DNA of 64,000 nt from Candidatus Omnitrophota bacterium (GTDB lineage Bacteria > Omnitrophota > Gorgyraeia > Gygaellales > Profunditerraquicolaceae): positions 73,846 through 137,845 of the forward strand of contig JBAZJY010000002.1 in assembly GCA_041651115.1 (NCBI GenBank). The letters run 5' to 3'. A program made the translations under genes and the position numbers. Of the stretch, positions 9,958 to 19,314 are shown one piece after another (position 1 is the first letter of the stretch; each line of letters starts with the position of its first letter). The notes under the pieces are model-generated. The model worked only from the letters and a program-made list of their open reading frames with translations, was not told where the DNA came from and did no database searches.

Positions 9958-10905
9958 ATGACCTGGACAAAAAAAGATCTATTGGGCCTGGAATACCTAA
10001 GCCGCGAAGAACTGGAATTGATCCTGGCAACCGCGGAATCCTTTAAAGAAGTTTCCAGCCGCGAGATCAAAAAAGTCCCTGCCTTGCGCGGAAAGACCGT
10101 AGTGAATTTATTCTATGAGCCGTCTACGCGCACAAGGGTTTCTTTTGAGGTTGCCGCAAAAAGGCTGTCTGCCGACGTAATTAATATTGCCACGGAAACT
10201 TCCAGCGTAAAGAAAGGAGAAACGCTTATTGATACGGGTAAGAACATACAGGCGCTCAAGGCGGATATTATCGTGATGCGCCATAATTATTCCGGAGCAG
10301 CGGCAATGCTGGCGCGCAGCCTTGATATCAGCGTAGTTAATGCCGGAGACGGCTGGCATGAGCATCCTACGCAGGCGCTGCTGGATATTTTTACCCTGAA
10401 GGAAAAACTGGGAAAGATCGCAGGTTTAAACGTAACCATTGTTGGAGATATCGCCCATTCCCGCGTTGCCCGTTCAAACATCTGGGGTTTGACTAAGCTG
10501 GGCGCAAAAGTAACGGTTTGCGCCCCGGCCATGATTATCCCGCCGGCAATTGAGCAAATGGGGGCTTATGTTACCAGTGATATTGATAAAGCGCTTGCCT
10601 CTGCCGACGCAGTGAATGTCTTGCGCATGCAGTTTGAGCGCGATGAACAAAATGCCTTTCCAAAACAGTTGGAATATTTTAAGAATTTCGGGATCACCGT
10701 TGATCGCTTGAAAAAAGCAAAGAAAGACATCATCGTCATGCATCCCGGCCCGATCAATCGCGGCATTGAAATGTCCAGTGAAGTTGCAGACGGCGCCAAT
10801 TCCGTAATTTTAGAGCAGGTGACCAACGGCATTGCCGTGCGCATGGCAGTGCTTTTCTTGGTTGCCCAGGCAAGAGAGAAGGGTAATGCAAAAAATACTG
10901 ATTAA
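9958..10905 (+). CDS. pyrB: Aspartate carbamoyltransferase catalytic subunit.
   Basis: STRTRVSFE and HPTQALLD motifs; 315 aa. Confidence 0.92.
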   Translation: MTWTKKDLLGLEYLSREELELILATAESFKEVSSREIKKVPALRGKTVVNLFYEPSTRTRVSFEVAAKRLSADVINIATETSSVKKGETLIDTGKNIQALKADIIVMRHNYSGAAAMLARSLDISVVNAGDGWHEHPTQALLDIFTLKEKLGKIAGLNVTIVGDIAHSRVARSNIWGLTKLGAKVTVCAPAMIIPPAIEQMGAYVTSDIDKALASADAVNVLRMQFERDEQNAFPKQLEYFKNFGITVDRLKKAKKDIIVMHPGPINRGIEMSSEVADGANSVILEQVTNGIAVRMAVLFLVAQAREKGNAKNTD

Positions 10906-12169
10906 GAACGGCAAGGTTATTGACCCGGCGCAAAATATCAACGGAGAAACCCTGGATATCCTGGTGCAGTCCGGAAAAATAGCCAAGCTCGCTAAAAATA
11001 TTAAGGCAGATGCCGATAAAGTAATTGATGCCTCGGGAAAGATCGTCATGCCTGGTATCGTAGATATGCACGTGCATTTAAGGGAGCCGGGCAGGGAAGA
11101 TAAAGAAACCGTGGCCAGCGCTACAGCCGCGGCATTAAAGGGCGGGGTAACGTCGGTGCTGGCAATGCCGAATACCCAGCCGGCAATGGACACTAAAGAA
11201 AGCCTGATATTATTAAAGAAGATTGTTAGGGCTTCCGGCCTTTGTAATGTTTTTATCTGCGCTGCGATCACCAAGGAAAGGCAGGGCAAAGAATTAACCG
11301 ATATCCCAGGGCTTAATAAGTCAGGCGCGATCGCCATATCAGACGACGGCGCGTCAGTAGATGACGAAAACTTGTTTTTGGCAGCGATGAAAAAGGCAAA
11401 GGCCGCCGGTATCCCGGTGATCTGCCACTCCGAAGATAAAAAACTTTCCGGTAACGGTGTAGTTAACCGGGGGATCATCTCCACTAAACTTGGCTTGCGC
11501 GGAATTTCCAGAGAGTCGGAATATACAAGGGTTGAGCGCGATATTAAACTGGCAGAAAAGGCAAAGGCAACAATCCACATTGCTCATGTCAGCTGCCGGG
11601 AGTCAGTGGAGCTCATCAAGCAGGCGAAAAAAAGAGGGGTCAGGGTAACCGCGGAAACTGCCCCGCATTATTTTTCTTTGGACCAGGACGCGCTAGCTGG
11701 CTACGATACAAATCTTAAAATGAACCCGCCGCTTAGAGAGGCCGCGGATGTGGAGGCAATAAAGCAGGGGTTGAAGAGCGGGGTGATTGATGCGATCGCC
11801 TCTGACCATGCCCCGCATACAGAGAATGAAAAGGACATTGAATTTGACCGCGCTGAATTCGGGGTGATCGGCCTGGAAACCGAACTTGCCGCCGGCATTA
11901 CCGAGCTGGTGCAAAAAGGAGTCCTGGATTGGCCGGGCCTGGTAAAAAAATTCTGCCTTAATCCGGCAAAAATATTAGGTATAGACAGGGGTACTTTACA
12001 AATCGGCAAACCGGCAGATATCATGGTTGTTTCGCCCAAAGATGAATGGATAGTGCAAAAGCATGGACTCGCCTCCAAATCCAAGAACTCCGCGTTCATC
12101 GGCAAAAAACTAACCGGCGTTGCCGAGTATACTGTCTGCAACGGAAATATCGCATATCAAAGGCTGTAA
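10886..12169 (+). CDS. pyrC: Dihydroorotase.
   Basis: DMHVHLREPG and SDHAPH metal-binding motifs. The ATG at 10886 (MQKILIKNGKVIDP) overlaps the pyrB end; the track ORF begins earlier at an alternative start. Confidence 0.88.
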   Translation: MQKILIKNGKVIDPAQNINGETLDILVQSGKIAKLAKNIKADADKVIDASGKIVMPGIVDMHVHLREPGREDKETVASATAAALKGGVTSVLAMPNTQPAMDTKESLILLKKIVRASGLCNVFICAAITKERQGKELTDIPGLNKSGAIAISDDGASVDDENLFLAAMKKAKAAGIPVICHSEDKKLSGNGVVNRGIISTKLGLRGISRESEYTRVERDIKLAEKAKATIHIAHVSCRESVELIKQAKKRGVRVTAETAPHYFSLDQDALAGYDTNLKMNPPLREAADVEAIKQGLKSGVIDAIASDHAPHTENEKDIEFDRAEFGVIGLETELAAGITELVQKGVLDWPGLVKKFCLNPAKILGIDRGTLQIGKPADIMVVSPKDEWIVQKHGLASKSKNSAFIGKKLTGVAEYTVCNGNIAYQRL

Positions 12170-12174
12170 AAGCA

Positions 12175-12203
12175 TTGAATATCGCCCACAATAAAGCTAT
12201 AAT
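12175..12203 (+). promoter_or_regulatory. Near-consensus promoter (TTGAAT-17-TATAAT) ending 8 nt before the EndoQ ATG, implying a leaderless or near-leaderless transcript.
   Basis: ttgaat at 12175-12180, a 17-nt spacer, tataat at 12198-12203, and ATG at 12212. Confidence 0.45.
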
Positions 12204-12211
12204 ACTATTCT

Positions 12212-13453
12212 ATGGAATTTATCGCTGATTTCCACATTCACTCAAGATACTCGCGCGCCACATCCAAGGATATGGATGTCAAGCATCTGGCGGAATGGGC
12301 AAAATTAAAGGGCATCACCCTGATGGGCACGGGTGATTTTACCCATCATTTGTGGCTTGAAGAGCTAAGAAATAACTTAGAAGACCTTGGCAATGGCCTG
12401 TTCAAATATAATGATATACATTTTATCCTCACCAGCGAGATCAGCAGTATCTATTCCAAAAAGGGGAAGACCTACCGCATCCATAATATGGTCTTCAGCC
12501 CTTCGCTTAAGACTACGGATAAGATCAATTATAAGCTTTCACAGTGCGGCAACCTTGCTTCTGACGGCAGGCCGATACTGGGCTTAGACGCGGCAGAGCT
12601 TGCGCGTATTGTCTTCGATATTGACGAGAACTGCATGGTCGTTCCCGGCCATATCTGGACACCATGGTTTTCCCTCTTCGGGTCAATGTCCGGCTTTGAC
12701 CGCATTGAAGATTGCTTTGAAGACCAGGCGCCGAAGATCTTCGCTTTGGAAACCGGCCTCTCCAGCGACCCGGCAATGAACTGGCGTTTAAGCGCGCTGG
12801 ATAAGTTCACCTTGATCAGCAATTCCGACAGCCACAGCCCGTCAAAGATCGGCAGAGAAGCAAATGTATTTGACTGTGATCTGGATTATAAAACGATCCG
12901 GGAAGTGCTTAAGACCAAGGACCAAAAGAGGTTTTTATACACGATTGAATTTTTCCCGGAAGAGGGCAAATACCATTATGACGGCCACCGTAACTGCGAT
13001 ATCAGATGGTCACCTAAAGAAACAAAACAGCATAACGGGAAATGCCCTAAGTGCAACAAGCCGGTTACTGTGGGGGTGATGAATCGCGTTGACCAGCTGG
13101 CAGACCGGCCGGAAGGATATAAGCCGTCCAATAGCATTCCCTTTAAGAATCTTATCCCCTTTGAGGAGATCATTGCCGAGGCAAAGGGCGTGGCGTCCAC
13201 TTCTGTCAGCGTAGAGCGGGACTATCATAGCCTGCTTGCCAAATTTGGCACAGAATTCAATATTCTGCTGCGCGCATCAGAAGATGAACTGCGCAAGGGC
13301 CTGCCGTCAAAAGTCGCGGAAGGAGTTTTGCGGGTGCGCAAGGGCAAAGTGAATATTAACCCCGGGTTTGACGGAGAATACGGCAAAGTCGCCATTTTTG
13401 GCGAAAAAGATAAGCCGACAGCAGAAGGTGAAAAGCAATTAAGCTTGTTTTAG
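12212..13453 (+). CDS. Endonuclease Q (EndoQ) homolog. It has a PHP-like N-terminal domain and a C-terminal zinc finger.
   Basis: The N-terminus FIADFHIHSRYSRATSKDMDVKHLAEWAKLKGITLMGTGD closely resembles the archaeal EndoQ N-terminus. GKCPKCNKP is a Zn-finger near the C-terminus. Confidence 0.7.
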   Translation: MEFIADFHIHSRYSRATSKDMDVKHLAEWAKLKGITLMGTGDFTHHLWLEELRNNLEDLGNGLFKYNDIHFILTSEISSIYSKKGKTYRIHNMVFSPSLKTTDKINYKLSQCGNLASDGRPILGLDAAELARIVFDIDENCMVVPGHIWTPWFSLFGSMSGFDRIEDCFEDQAPKIFALETGLSSDPAMNWRLSALDKFTLISNSDSHSPSKIGREANVFDCDLDYKTIREVLKTKDQKRFLYTIEFFPEEGKYHYDGHRNCDIRWSPKETKQHNGKCPKCNKPVTVGVMNRVDQLADRPEGYKPSNSIPFKNLIPFEEIIAEAKGVASTSVSVERDYHSLLAKFGTEFNILLRASEDELRKGLPSKVAEGVLRVRKGKVNINPGFDGEYGKVAIFGEKDKPTAEGEKQLSLF

Positions 13454-13458
13454 TATAT

Positions 13459-13530
13459 GCGCCTGTGGCCCAACGGATAGGGCACTAGCCTCCGGAGCTG
13501 GTGGTACAGGTTCGATTCCTGTCAGGCGCA
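13459..13530 (+). tRNA. tRNA-Arg (anticodon CCG).
   Basis: Cloverleaf folded by hand: acceptor GCGCCTG/CAGGCGC, anticodon loop CTCCGGA, T-loop TTCGATT. No encoded CCA. Confidence 0.85.
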
Positions 13531-13541
13531 CTTTTATAACA

Positions 13542-13623
13542 GCGGGTCCTGTCTGCTGATTTACCCCGCTGCGCTCAAGCTTGCGCTTTCGCTCGCGGGG
13601 TCCCCCAATCAGCAGCCACCCGC
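13542..13623. repeat. Copy A of a structured ~85-nt intergenic repeat (long imperfect hairpin; central AAGCTTGCGCTTTCG loop). It is MITE-like or a small structured RNA.
   Basis: About 85% identical to 37638-37731. Internal arms pair as ctgctgatt/aatcagcag, accccg/cggggt and gcgggt/acccgc. It lies immediately 3' of tRNA-Arg. Confidence 0.6.
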
Positions 13624-13652
13624 GCTAACGAATAAGTGTTTATGAGAATGCC

Positions 13653-14105
13653 ATGACTAAGAAAATCATAGGGGTAATTGGCGGAAGACAGTGTAATAAG
13701 GAAGTGGAGCAAACAGCCATAAAATTAGGCAAAAAATTGGCTAAAGTGGCTGATTTACTTGTTTGTGGCGGTTTAAGTGGAGTAATGGAGGCGGTAAGCA
13801 AGGGTTTTAAGGCTGCAGGAGGCACAACCATAGGTATTCTACCGGGTTACCACAAGACCGAAGCTAATTCTTTTGTTGATATAGTCATTCCTACGGGAAT
13901 GGGATTAGCAAGAAATGTGCTGGTGGTCAAGGCAGCCGATGTTGTAGTAGCCTTGCCCGGAGAAGCAGGTACGCTTTCTGAAATCGCCTATTGCCTGCAA
14001 TTCGGCGTTCCCGTAGTAAGTTTTAATTCCTGGGATATCCCCGGCGTGATCAAGGCCAAAACTATTGAGCAAACAATCAAAGAAGTCAGGAAAAAGTTAA
14101 AATGA
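13653..14105 (+). CDS. LOG / TIGR00725-family Rossmann-fold protein (predicted nucleotide 5'-monophosphate nucleosidase-like).
   Basis: GGxxGxME core ([12 protein letters not shown]) and PGExGTLSE motif; 150 aa. Confidence 0.6.
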   Translation: MTKKIIGVIGGRQCNKEVEQTAIKLGKKLAKVADLLVCGGLSGVMEAVSKGFKAAGGTTIGILPGYHKTEANSFVDIVIPTGMGLARNVLVVKAADVVVALPGEAGTLSEIAYCLQFGVPVVSFNSWDIPGVIKAKTIEQTIKEVRKKLK

Positions 14106-15724
14106 AAAAGAAAGTGATTATCTTAGGTGGCGGCCCGAACCGGATCGGCCAGGGCATTGAATTTGATTACTGCTGCTGCCACGCTTCCTATGCGCTTGAG
14201 GAAGAAGGCATTGAAAGTATTATGGTCAACTGTAATCCCGAGACCGTATCCACGGATTACGATACCTCTGACCGGCTGTATTTTGAACCGATAACAATAG
14301 AAGACGTGATGAACATTGTTGAATTGGAAAAGCCGATCGGCTTGATCGTGCAATTCGGCGGCCAGACCCCGCTTAACCTGGCAGTCGGCCTGCGCAAGTT
14401 GGGCGTGAATATCCTCGGTACCAGCGCAGACAGCATAGACATTGCCGAAGACCGTAAACGTTTTAAAGAAATGCTCCACAAGCTAAGCCTGTTGCAGCCG
14501 GATAACGGCACGGCGTTTAATTTCAAAGAGGCCGAAGCAGCGGCAAAGCGGATCGGTTATCCGGTGCTGGTGCGGCCTTCCTATGTGCTCGGCGGCAGGG
14601 CAATGGAGATAGTTTATGACGAATCTATGCTGGAAAAATTCATTGCCGAGGCGGCGCGGGTATCGGGCGAACATCCGGTATTGATCGATAAGTTCCTTGA
14701 AGATGCCATTGAAGTTGACGTGGACTTGATCGGCGACGGAGAAACTTTTGTCATCGGCGGGATCATGGAGCATATTGAAGAAGCGGGGATCCACTCCGGA
14801 GATTCGGCAATGGCCTTGCCGACATTTACCCTCTCCGGCGGGATTTTAAATAAAGTCAGGCAGGCAACATACGAAATGGCAAAAGAACTTAAGGTCAGAG
14901 GCCTGATGAATGTCCAGTATGCGGTTAAAGACGATAAAGTCTATGTGCTGGAGGTTAACCCGCGGGCATCGCGCACCGTTCCGTTCGTGTCTAAGGCGAT
15001 CGGCGTGCCACTGGCAAAACTGGCGACTAAAGTAATGATGGGGAAAAAACTAAAAGACTTCAAGTTTACCAAAGAAATTATCCCGGATTACTTTTCCGTT
15101 AAAGAATCGGTTTTCCCCTTCAGCCGCTTCTCCGGAGTAGATGTGATCCTGGGACCGGAAATGAAATCCACCGGAGAAGTAATGGGCATAGACAGTGATT
15201 TTGGCAGGGCGTATATCAAGAGCCAGTTGGCAGCCGGCCAGGATCTGCCGGTCAAGGGAAATGTTTTTATCTCGGTAAGAGACCGCGATAAGCGCGCGAT
15301 AGCTTTTATCGCTAAAAAACTACAAGACCTGGGATTCAAGATTCTTGCTACCTCCGGCACAGCTTCGGCGCTGGAGAAAAATGGCATTAAAGTCAAGGTC
15401 CTGCGTAAGATCGCCGAGGGCAGGCCGAATATATTGGATCTAATGAAAGACGGGAAGGTTCAGCTGGCGATCAACACGCCTTCAGGCAGGGTGCCGCGCC
15501 AGGATGAAGTGGCCATCCGTTCGCGCGTTATTCGTTACGGCATACCTTATACCACGACGATTTCCGGCGCCCAGGCAACTACAAATGGCATTGAGGCGCT
15601 GATGAAAAGGGGCCTGGATGTAAAGCCGCTGCAGGAATACCATAAAAAAATCAAAAGTCAAAAATCAAAAGTCAAAACAAGATGGCCTAAGGAAGATAAA
15701 AATGCCGGAACTTCCAGAAGTTGA
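14102..15724 (+). CDS. carB: Carbamoyl-phosphate synthase large subunit, C-terminal half (second ATP-grasp plus MGS-like domain). This is a split carB.
   Basis: Starts [28 protein letters not shown], which is the second repeat of CarB. An MGS-like domain (ILATSGTAS) sits at the C-terminus. The low-complexity tail overlaps fpg. Confidence 0.85.
   Translation: MKKKVIILGGGPNRIGQGIEFDYCCCHASYALEEEGIESIMVNCNPETVSTDYDTSDRLYFEPITIEDVMNIVELEKPIGLIVQFGGQTPLNLAVGLRKLGVNILGTSADSIDIAEDRKRFKEMLHKLSLLQPDNGTAFNFKEAEAAAKRIGYPVLVRPSYVLGGRAMEIVYDESMLEKFIAEAARVSGEHPVLIDKFLEDAIEVDVDLIGDGETFVIGGIMEHIEEAGIHSGDSAMALPTFTLSGGILNKVRQATYEMAKELKVRGLMNVQYAVKDDKVYVLEVNPRASRTVPFVSKAIGVPLAKLATKVMMGKKLKDFKFTKEIIPDYFSVKESVFPFSRFSGVDVILGPEMKSTGEVMGIDSDFGRAYIKSQLAAGQDLPVKGNVFISVRDRDKRAIAFIAKKLQDLGFKILATSGTASALEKNGIKVKVLRKIAEGRPNILDLMKDGKVQLAINTPSGRVPRQDEVAIRSRVIRYGIPYTTTISGAQATTNGIEALMKRGLDVKPLQEYHKKIKSQKSKVKTRWPKEDKNAGTSRS
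15646..15673 (+). repeat. Tandem 14-bp duplication (AAAAATCAAAAGTC x2, 28 bp) in the carB 3' tail.
   Basis: Read directly. Removing one copy restores a TAA at 15688-15690 ahead of the fpg RBS. Confidence 0.6.
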
Positions 15725-16502
15725 GACAATAAAGAGGGAATTAGAACAGGTGTTGGCGGGTAAGAAGATCATCGACGTGATCGTCAATAACCCGAAGGTC
15801 ATCCGCGAGCCGAAGAAAGACGGTTTTGTCAAAGGCTTAAAAGGCGCCGGGATCAGGAATGTTTTAAGAAAAGCAAAGCTTTTGATCATTGAGCTTTCTA
15901 CCGGTAAATCCCTGGCCATTCATCTAAAAATGACCGGCCAGCTGATCTATCCGGGTAACGGCAAGTCCAGCAGGGTAAGCTTCAAGCTTTCCGACGGCAG
16001 ATTGCTGGATTTTAATGACCAGCGCCTGTTCGCGGAATTGCGGCTGGTTAATGACTGGCGCGCCTTAAAGTTCGTGCGGGAGTTGGGGCCTGAACCGTTT
16101 GATATTACCCGGGAACGTTTCAAGGCAATGCTTACCGATAAAAAAACAAAGATAAAGCCGCTGATCATGGACCAGCAATTCATTTCCGGTATCGGTAATC
16201 TGTATGCTGCCGAAGCGTTATTCAGGGCAAAGATAGATCCTTCGCGCCCGGCATGCAGCCTGAAAGATGCCGAAAAAGATTTGTTGTTTAAGGAAATAAA
16301 AGATACATTGAAAGAGGCGATAAAATACGGCGGCTCGTCCGTTGACCAATATGTGCGTTCAACGGGTAAGCCCGGCAATTACGCGAAATACCACCGGGTT
16401 TATGACCGCCTGGGCAAGCCTTGCCCAATATGTAAAACGCCGGTAAAGCGAATTGCCTTGGGTGGCAGGGGAACATATTTTTGCCCTAAATGCCAGAAAT
16501 AA
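15702..16502 (+). CDS. mutM: Formamidopyrimidine-DNA glycosylase.
   Basis: N-terminal MPELPEVE catalytic motif and a C-terminal zinc finger CPICKTP..CPKCQK. Confidence 0.9.
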   Translation: MPELPEVETIKRELEQVLAGKKIIDVIVNNPKVIREPKKDGFVKGLKGAGIRNVLRKAKLLIIELSTGKSLAIHLKMTGQLIYPGNGKSSRVSFKLSDGRLLDFNDQRLFAELRLVNDWRALKFVRELGPEPFDITRERFKAMLTDKKTKIKPLIMDQQFISGIGNLYAAEALFRAKIDPSRPACSLKDAEKDLLFKEIKDTLKEAIKYGGSSVDQYVRSTGKPGNYAKYHRVYDRLGKPCPICKTPVKRIALGGRGTYFCPKCQK

Positions 16503-16518
16503 CGGGAGCTAGCAGAAG

Positions 16519-17211
16519 ATGAAAAAACGTATTAAGATAAACGGAGTCATCATTTTTATCTGCGTCATCGCAATGATGCTTTTTCCTAATGTATTTTTGC
16601 GCATGAGCTTCAACAAGATAGATATTTTAACGGGCATACTAGGATTAGAGCTTATGTTTTTCGGGCTGCTGCTAAGGGTTTCCAGCCGCGGTTATAAATC
16701 CGAACTTTCCGTAGGGGGCAATAATCTTGTGCGCACCGGCCCATACTCGTTAGTAAGGAACCCGATGTACCTGGGTATTTGTTGCATTGCCCTCGGTATT
16801 ATCATGGTGCTATTCCAGTGGTGGACGCTGGCCGTATTCGGTATATTTTTTGCGTTGCGTTACCTTACCTTGATCCGGGTTGAAGAGAAAGGCCTTCTTG
16901 AAAAATTCGGACACCGTTACAGCGAATATCAGAAAGACGTGCCGCGGATATTGCCCAGGCTGAACACGCGGCTGAATAAGGACCTGCTGAATTGCCTGCC
17001 GTTAAAGCTGAGCTGGATAAAAAAAGAACTGAACAGCATTTTGATCATTGTCCCGGGGGTCTTAGGCATTGATATGTGGAAGAAATTCATATTATGCGAA
17101 AACGACCTCGCGCTGCCGTATTTTTTGATCCTTAGCTGGATAATCTGCGCGCTGATTGTCCTGGCAGCTGTTCTGGTAAAAAATTATGAAGGCTACCCAA
17201 AGCAAAAGTAA
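16519..17211 (+). CDS. Isoprenylcysteine carboxyl methyltransferase (ICMT) / phospholipid methyltransferase-family membrane protein.
   Basis: Multi-TM protein with the RTGPYSLVRNPMYLG family motif. Confidence 0.65.
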   Translation: MKKRIKINGVIIFICVIAMMLFPNVFLRMSFNKIDILTGILGLELMFFGLLLRVSSRGYKSELSVGGNNLVRTGPYSLVRNPMYLGICCIALGIIMVLFQWWTLAVFGIFFALRYLTLIRVEEKGLLEKFGHRYSEYQKDVPRILPRLNTRLNKDLLNCLPLKLSWIKKELNSILIIVPGVLGIDMWKKFILCENDLALPYFLILSWIICALIVLAAVLVKNYEGYPKQK

Positions 17212-17998
17212 GATCTTAAGCAATTTAAAAATATCCGGGAACTATTTTAAGCTCCAGGTTATCTGTCCTTGCGTTGCTGCTGCAGCTCGGCCCGGGCAGT
17301 TTGTGATGGTGCAGGTGAATAACGGCATTGAGCCGCTGCTGCGCCGGCCGCTGGGCGTGCATAGGCTTCCGGGGCAGAAAAAAAATATCGTAGAGCTGCT
17401 TTATGAAGTTGTGGGCAGGGGAACAGGTCTTCTTTCACGCAAAAAGCCAGGCGAAAGCATAGATATTATCGGCCCGCTGGGCAATGGCTTTGATTATGGG
17501 CCAGCCTACGGCCGGTACAGGCCGCAGGTTTTGGTAGCCGGGGGAATGGGGGTAGCGCCGTTAACTTTTCTTGCAGAAAAGTTAACGGAAGGCAAAAGGC
17601 AAAAGGCAAAAGGCAAAATTATAGTTCTGCTTGGGGCAAAGACCAAAGATCAGATTCTTTGTGAAAAAGAATTCAAAAAAATAGGTTGTGAAGTGAGGAT
17701 TGCTACCGATGATGGTTCGCGTGGATTTAAGGGCAGAGTTACCGATTTATTGAACCGCGAATTACGCACCACGGATTACGCACCGTGGACTATTTATGCC
17801 TGCGGGCCAGGGCCGATGTTAAGGGCAATATCCTGTTTGTCAAAAGACCGCAGCCTGCCTGCGCAGCTTTCTTTGGAAGCGCATATGAGCTGCGGCTTTG
17901 GCGCCTGTTTAGGCTGCGTGGTTAGTACTACCGGCGGATATAAAAGAGTATGTAAAGAAGGCCCGGTTTTTTCGGCCGAGGAAATTATCTGGGAATAA
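17186..17998 (+). CDS. pyrK: Dihydroorotate dehydrogenase electron-transfer subunit.
   Basis: FAD/NAD-binding fold with a C-terminal 2Fe-2S cysteine cluster CGFGACLGCVV. Confidence 0.85.
   Translation: MKATQSKSKILSNLKISGNYFKLQVICPCVAAAARPGQFVMVQVNNGIEPLLRRPLGVHRLPGQKKNIVELLYEVVGRGTGLLSRKKPGESIDIIGPLGNGFDYGPAYGRYRPQVLVAGGMGVAPLTFLAEKLTEGKRQKAKGKIIVLLGAKTKDQILCEKEFKKIGCEVRIATDDGSRGFKGRVTDLLNRELRTTDYAPWTIYACGPGPMLRAISCLSKDRSLPAQLSLEAHMSCGFGACLGCVVSTTGGYKRVCKEGPVFSAEEIIWE
17591..17618 (+). repeat. (GGCAAAA)x4 heptanucleotide tandem repeat inside pyrK.
   Basis: Read directly. It encodes KRQKAKGK in a linker that is longer than in typical PyrK. Confidence 0.8.
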
Positions 17999-18011
17999 AC
18001 TGGAGGGGCAC

Positions 18012-18371
18012 ATGACCCAAATAGCTTATATTCTTCTGGGTTTGGCTGCCGGGATCTTCGGCGGAATGTTCGGCATCGGCGGAGGCGCGATCCTCGTTCC
18101 TGCGCTGGTATACGTTTTCGGCCTGACGCAGCATCAGGCGCAAGGGACAACCCTGGCAGTAATGATTCCGCCGATCGGGCTGCTGGCGGCAATGCGTTAT
18201 TATTACGGCGGCAATGTAAAGCTGGGCATGGCAGGGTTTATTTGCGCTGGGTTTTTTATCGGCGGCCTGATCGGCGCCAACTTTGTGCAGGGCATATCTG
18301 CTCCACTGTTGAAAAAGCTATTCGGCACGTTCCTTCTGGTGGTGTCTTTGCATATGGTCATCGGAAAATAA
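18012..18371 (+). CDS. Half-size TSUP (TauE/SafE, DUF81) membrane protein with a single 4-TM repeat.
   Basis: GxGGG motif (FGIGGGAILVPAL); 119 aa, whereas canonical members are about 250 aa. Confidence 0.6.
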   Translation: MTQIAYILLGLAAGIFGGMFGIGGGAILVPALVYVFGLTQHQAQGTTLAVMIPPIGLLAAMRYYYGGNVKLGMAGFICAGFFIGGLIGANFVQGISAPLLKKLFGTFLLVVSLHMVIGK

Positions 18372-18372
18372 T

Positions 18373-19314
18373 ATGAAAACAAAAATTTCCGTTAATATCG
18401 GCAGGCTCAAATTAAAGAACCCGGTAATGGTTTCCTCCGGCACTTTCGGGTATGGGGAAGAATTCTCCGATTTTGTTGAGCTGAAAAAAATCGGGGCGAT
18501 CGTATCCAAGACCATCACTTTGAATCCGCGTAAAGGAAATCCTCCGCCGCGTACCTGCGAAACCCCGGGCGGCATGCTTAATTCCATTGGCCTGGAAAAT
18601 CCCGGGTTAAACGCATTTATCGGCGATAAACTGTCTGTTTTAGTTAAGACCGGAGCGCCGGTAATCGTGAGTATCGCCTCGGAATCCGGCATTGCTGAAT
18701 TTGTAAAATTGGCAGGATGCCTGGATAAGTTGAAAGAGGTTGCGGCAATAGAAGTAAATATATCCTGCCCGAACGTGCGAAGCGCAAAGCGTATGGCCAC
18801 CAGCGCTAAATTGATTTCGCAGGACCCCAAGGCAACCTATGAGACGATCAGGGCAATACGCAAAGTTACGGGAAAAACATTGATCGCTAAACTTTCGCCG
18901 AACGTTACCGATATTTCCGAGATTGCCCTTGCCAGTGAAGCGGCAGGCAGCGATGCAGTAAGCTTGATAAATACCTTGACCGGGATGAGTATTGACGTGG
19001 ATACGCGTAAGCCGAAGATCGCCTGCGTTACCGCAGGCTTGAGCGGCCCGGCGATCCGGCCGATTGCCGTAAGGATGGTCTGGGAGGTTTATCGCGCAAT
19101 AAAGCTACCGGTGATCGGCATGGGCGGCATTAACGATGTGAATAGCGCTTTAGAATTTCTCATTGCCGGAGCAAGCGCCGTGAGCATAGGCACGGCCAAT
19201 TTCATTAATCCCGGGGTAGCCGAAGAAATCATTTCCGGCCTCGGGCGATTTATGGTAAAAAATAAGATAACTGACATTAAGCAGCTTATCGGGAGCGTGA
19301 AGCTTGAAAAGTGA
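18373..19314 (+). CDS. pyrD: Dihydroorotate dehydrogenase catalytic subunit (class 1B).
   Basis: NPVMVSSGTFGYG N-terminus and TIM-barrel FMN motifs (GMGGI). Confidence 0.9.
   Translation: MKTKISVNIGRLKLKNPVMVSSGTFGYGEEFSDFVELKKIGAIVSKTITLNPRKGNPPPRTCETPGGMLNSIGLENPGLNAFIGDKLSVLVKTGAPVIVSIASESGIAEFVKLAGCLDKLKEVAAIEVNISCPNVRSAKRMATSAKLISQDPKATYETIRAIRKVTGKTLIAKLSPNVTDISEIALASEAAGSDAVSLINTLTGMSIDVDTRKPKIACVTAGLSGPAIRPIAVRMVWEVYRAIKLPVIGMGGINDVNSALEFLIAGASAVSIGTANFINPGVAEEIISGLGRFMVKNKITDIKQLIGSVKLEK

Noticed and set aside
12046-12228. 60-aa ORF overlapping the pyrC end and EndoQ start.
   Set aside because: It overlaps a strong promoter and two real genes and is basic and low-complexity, so it is probably not coding.
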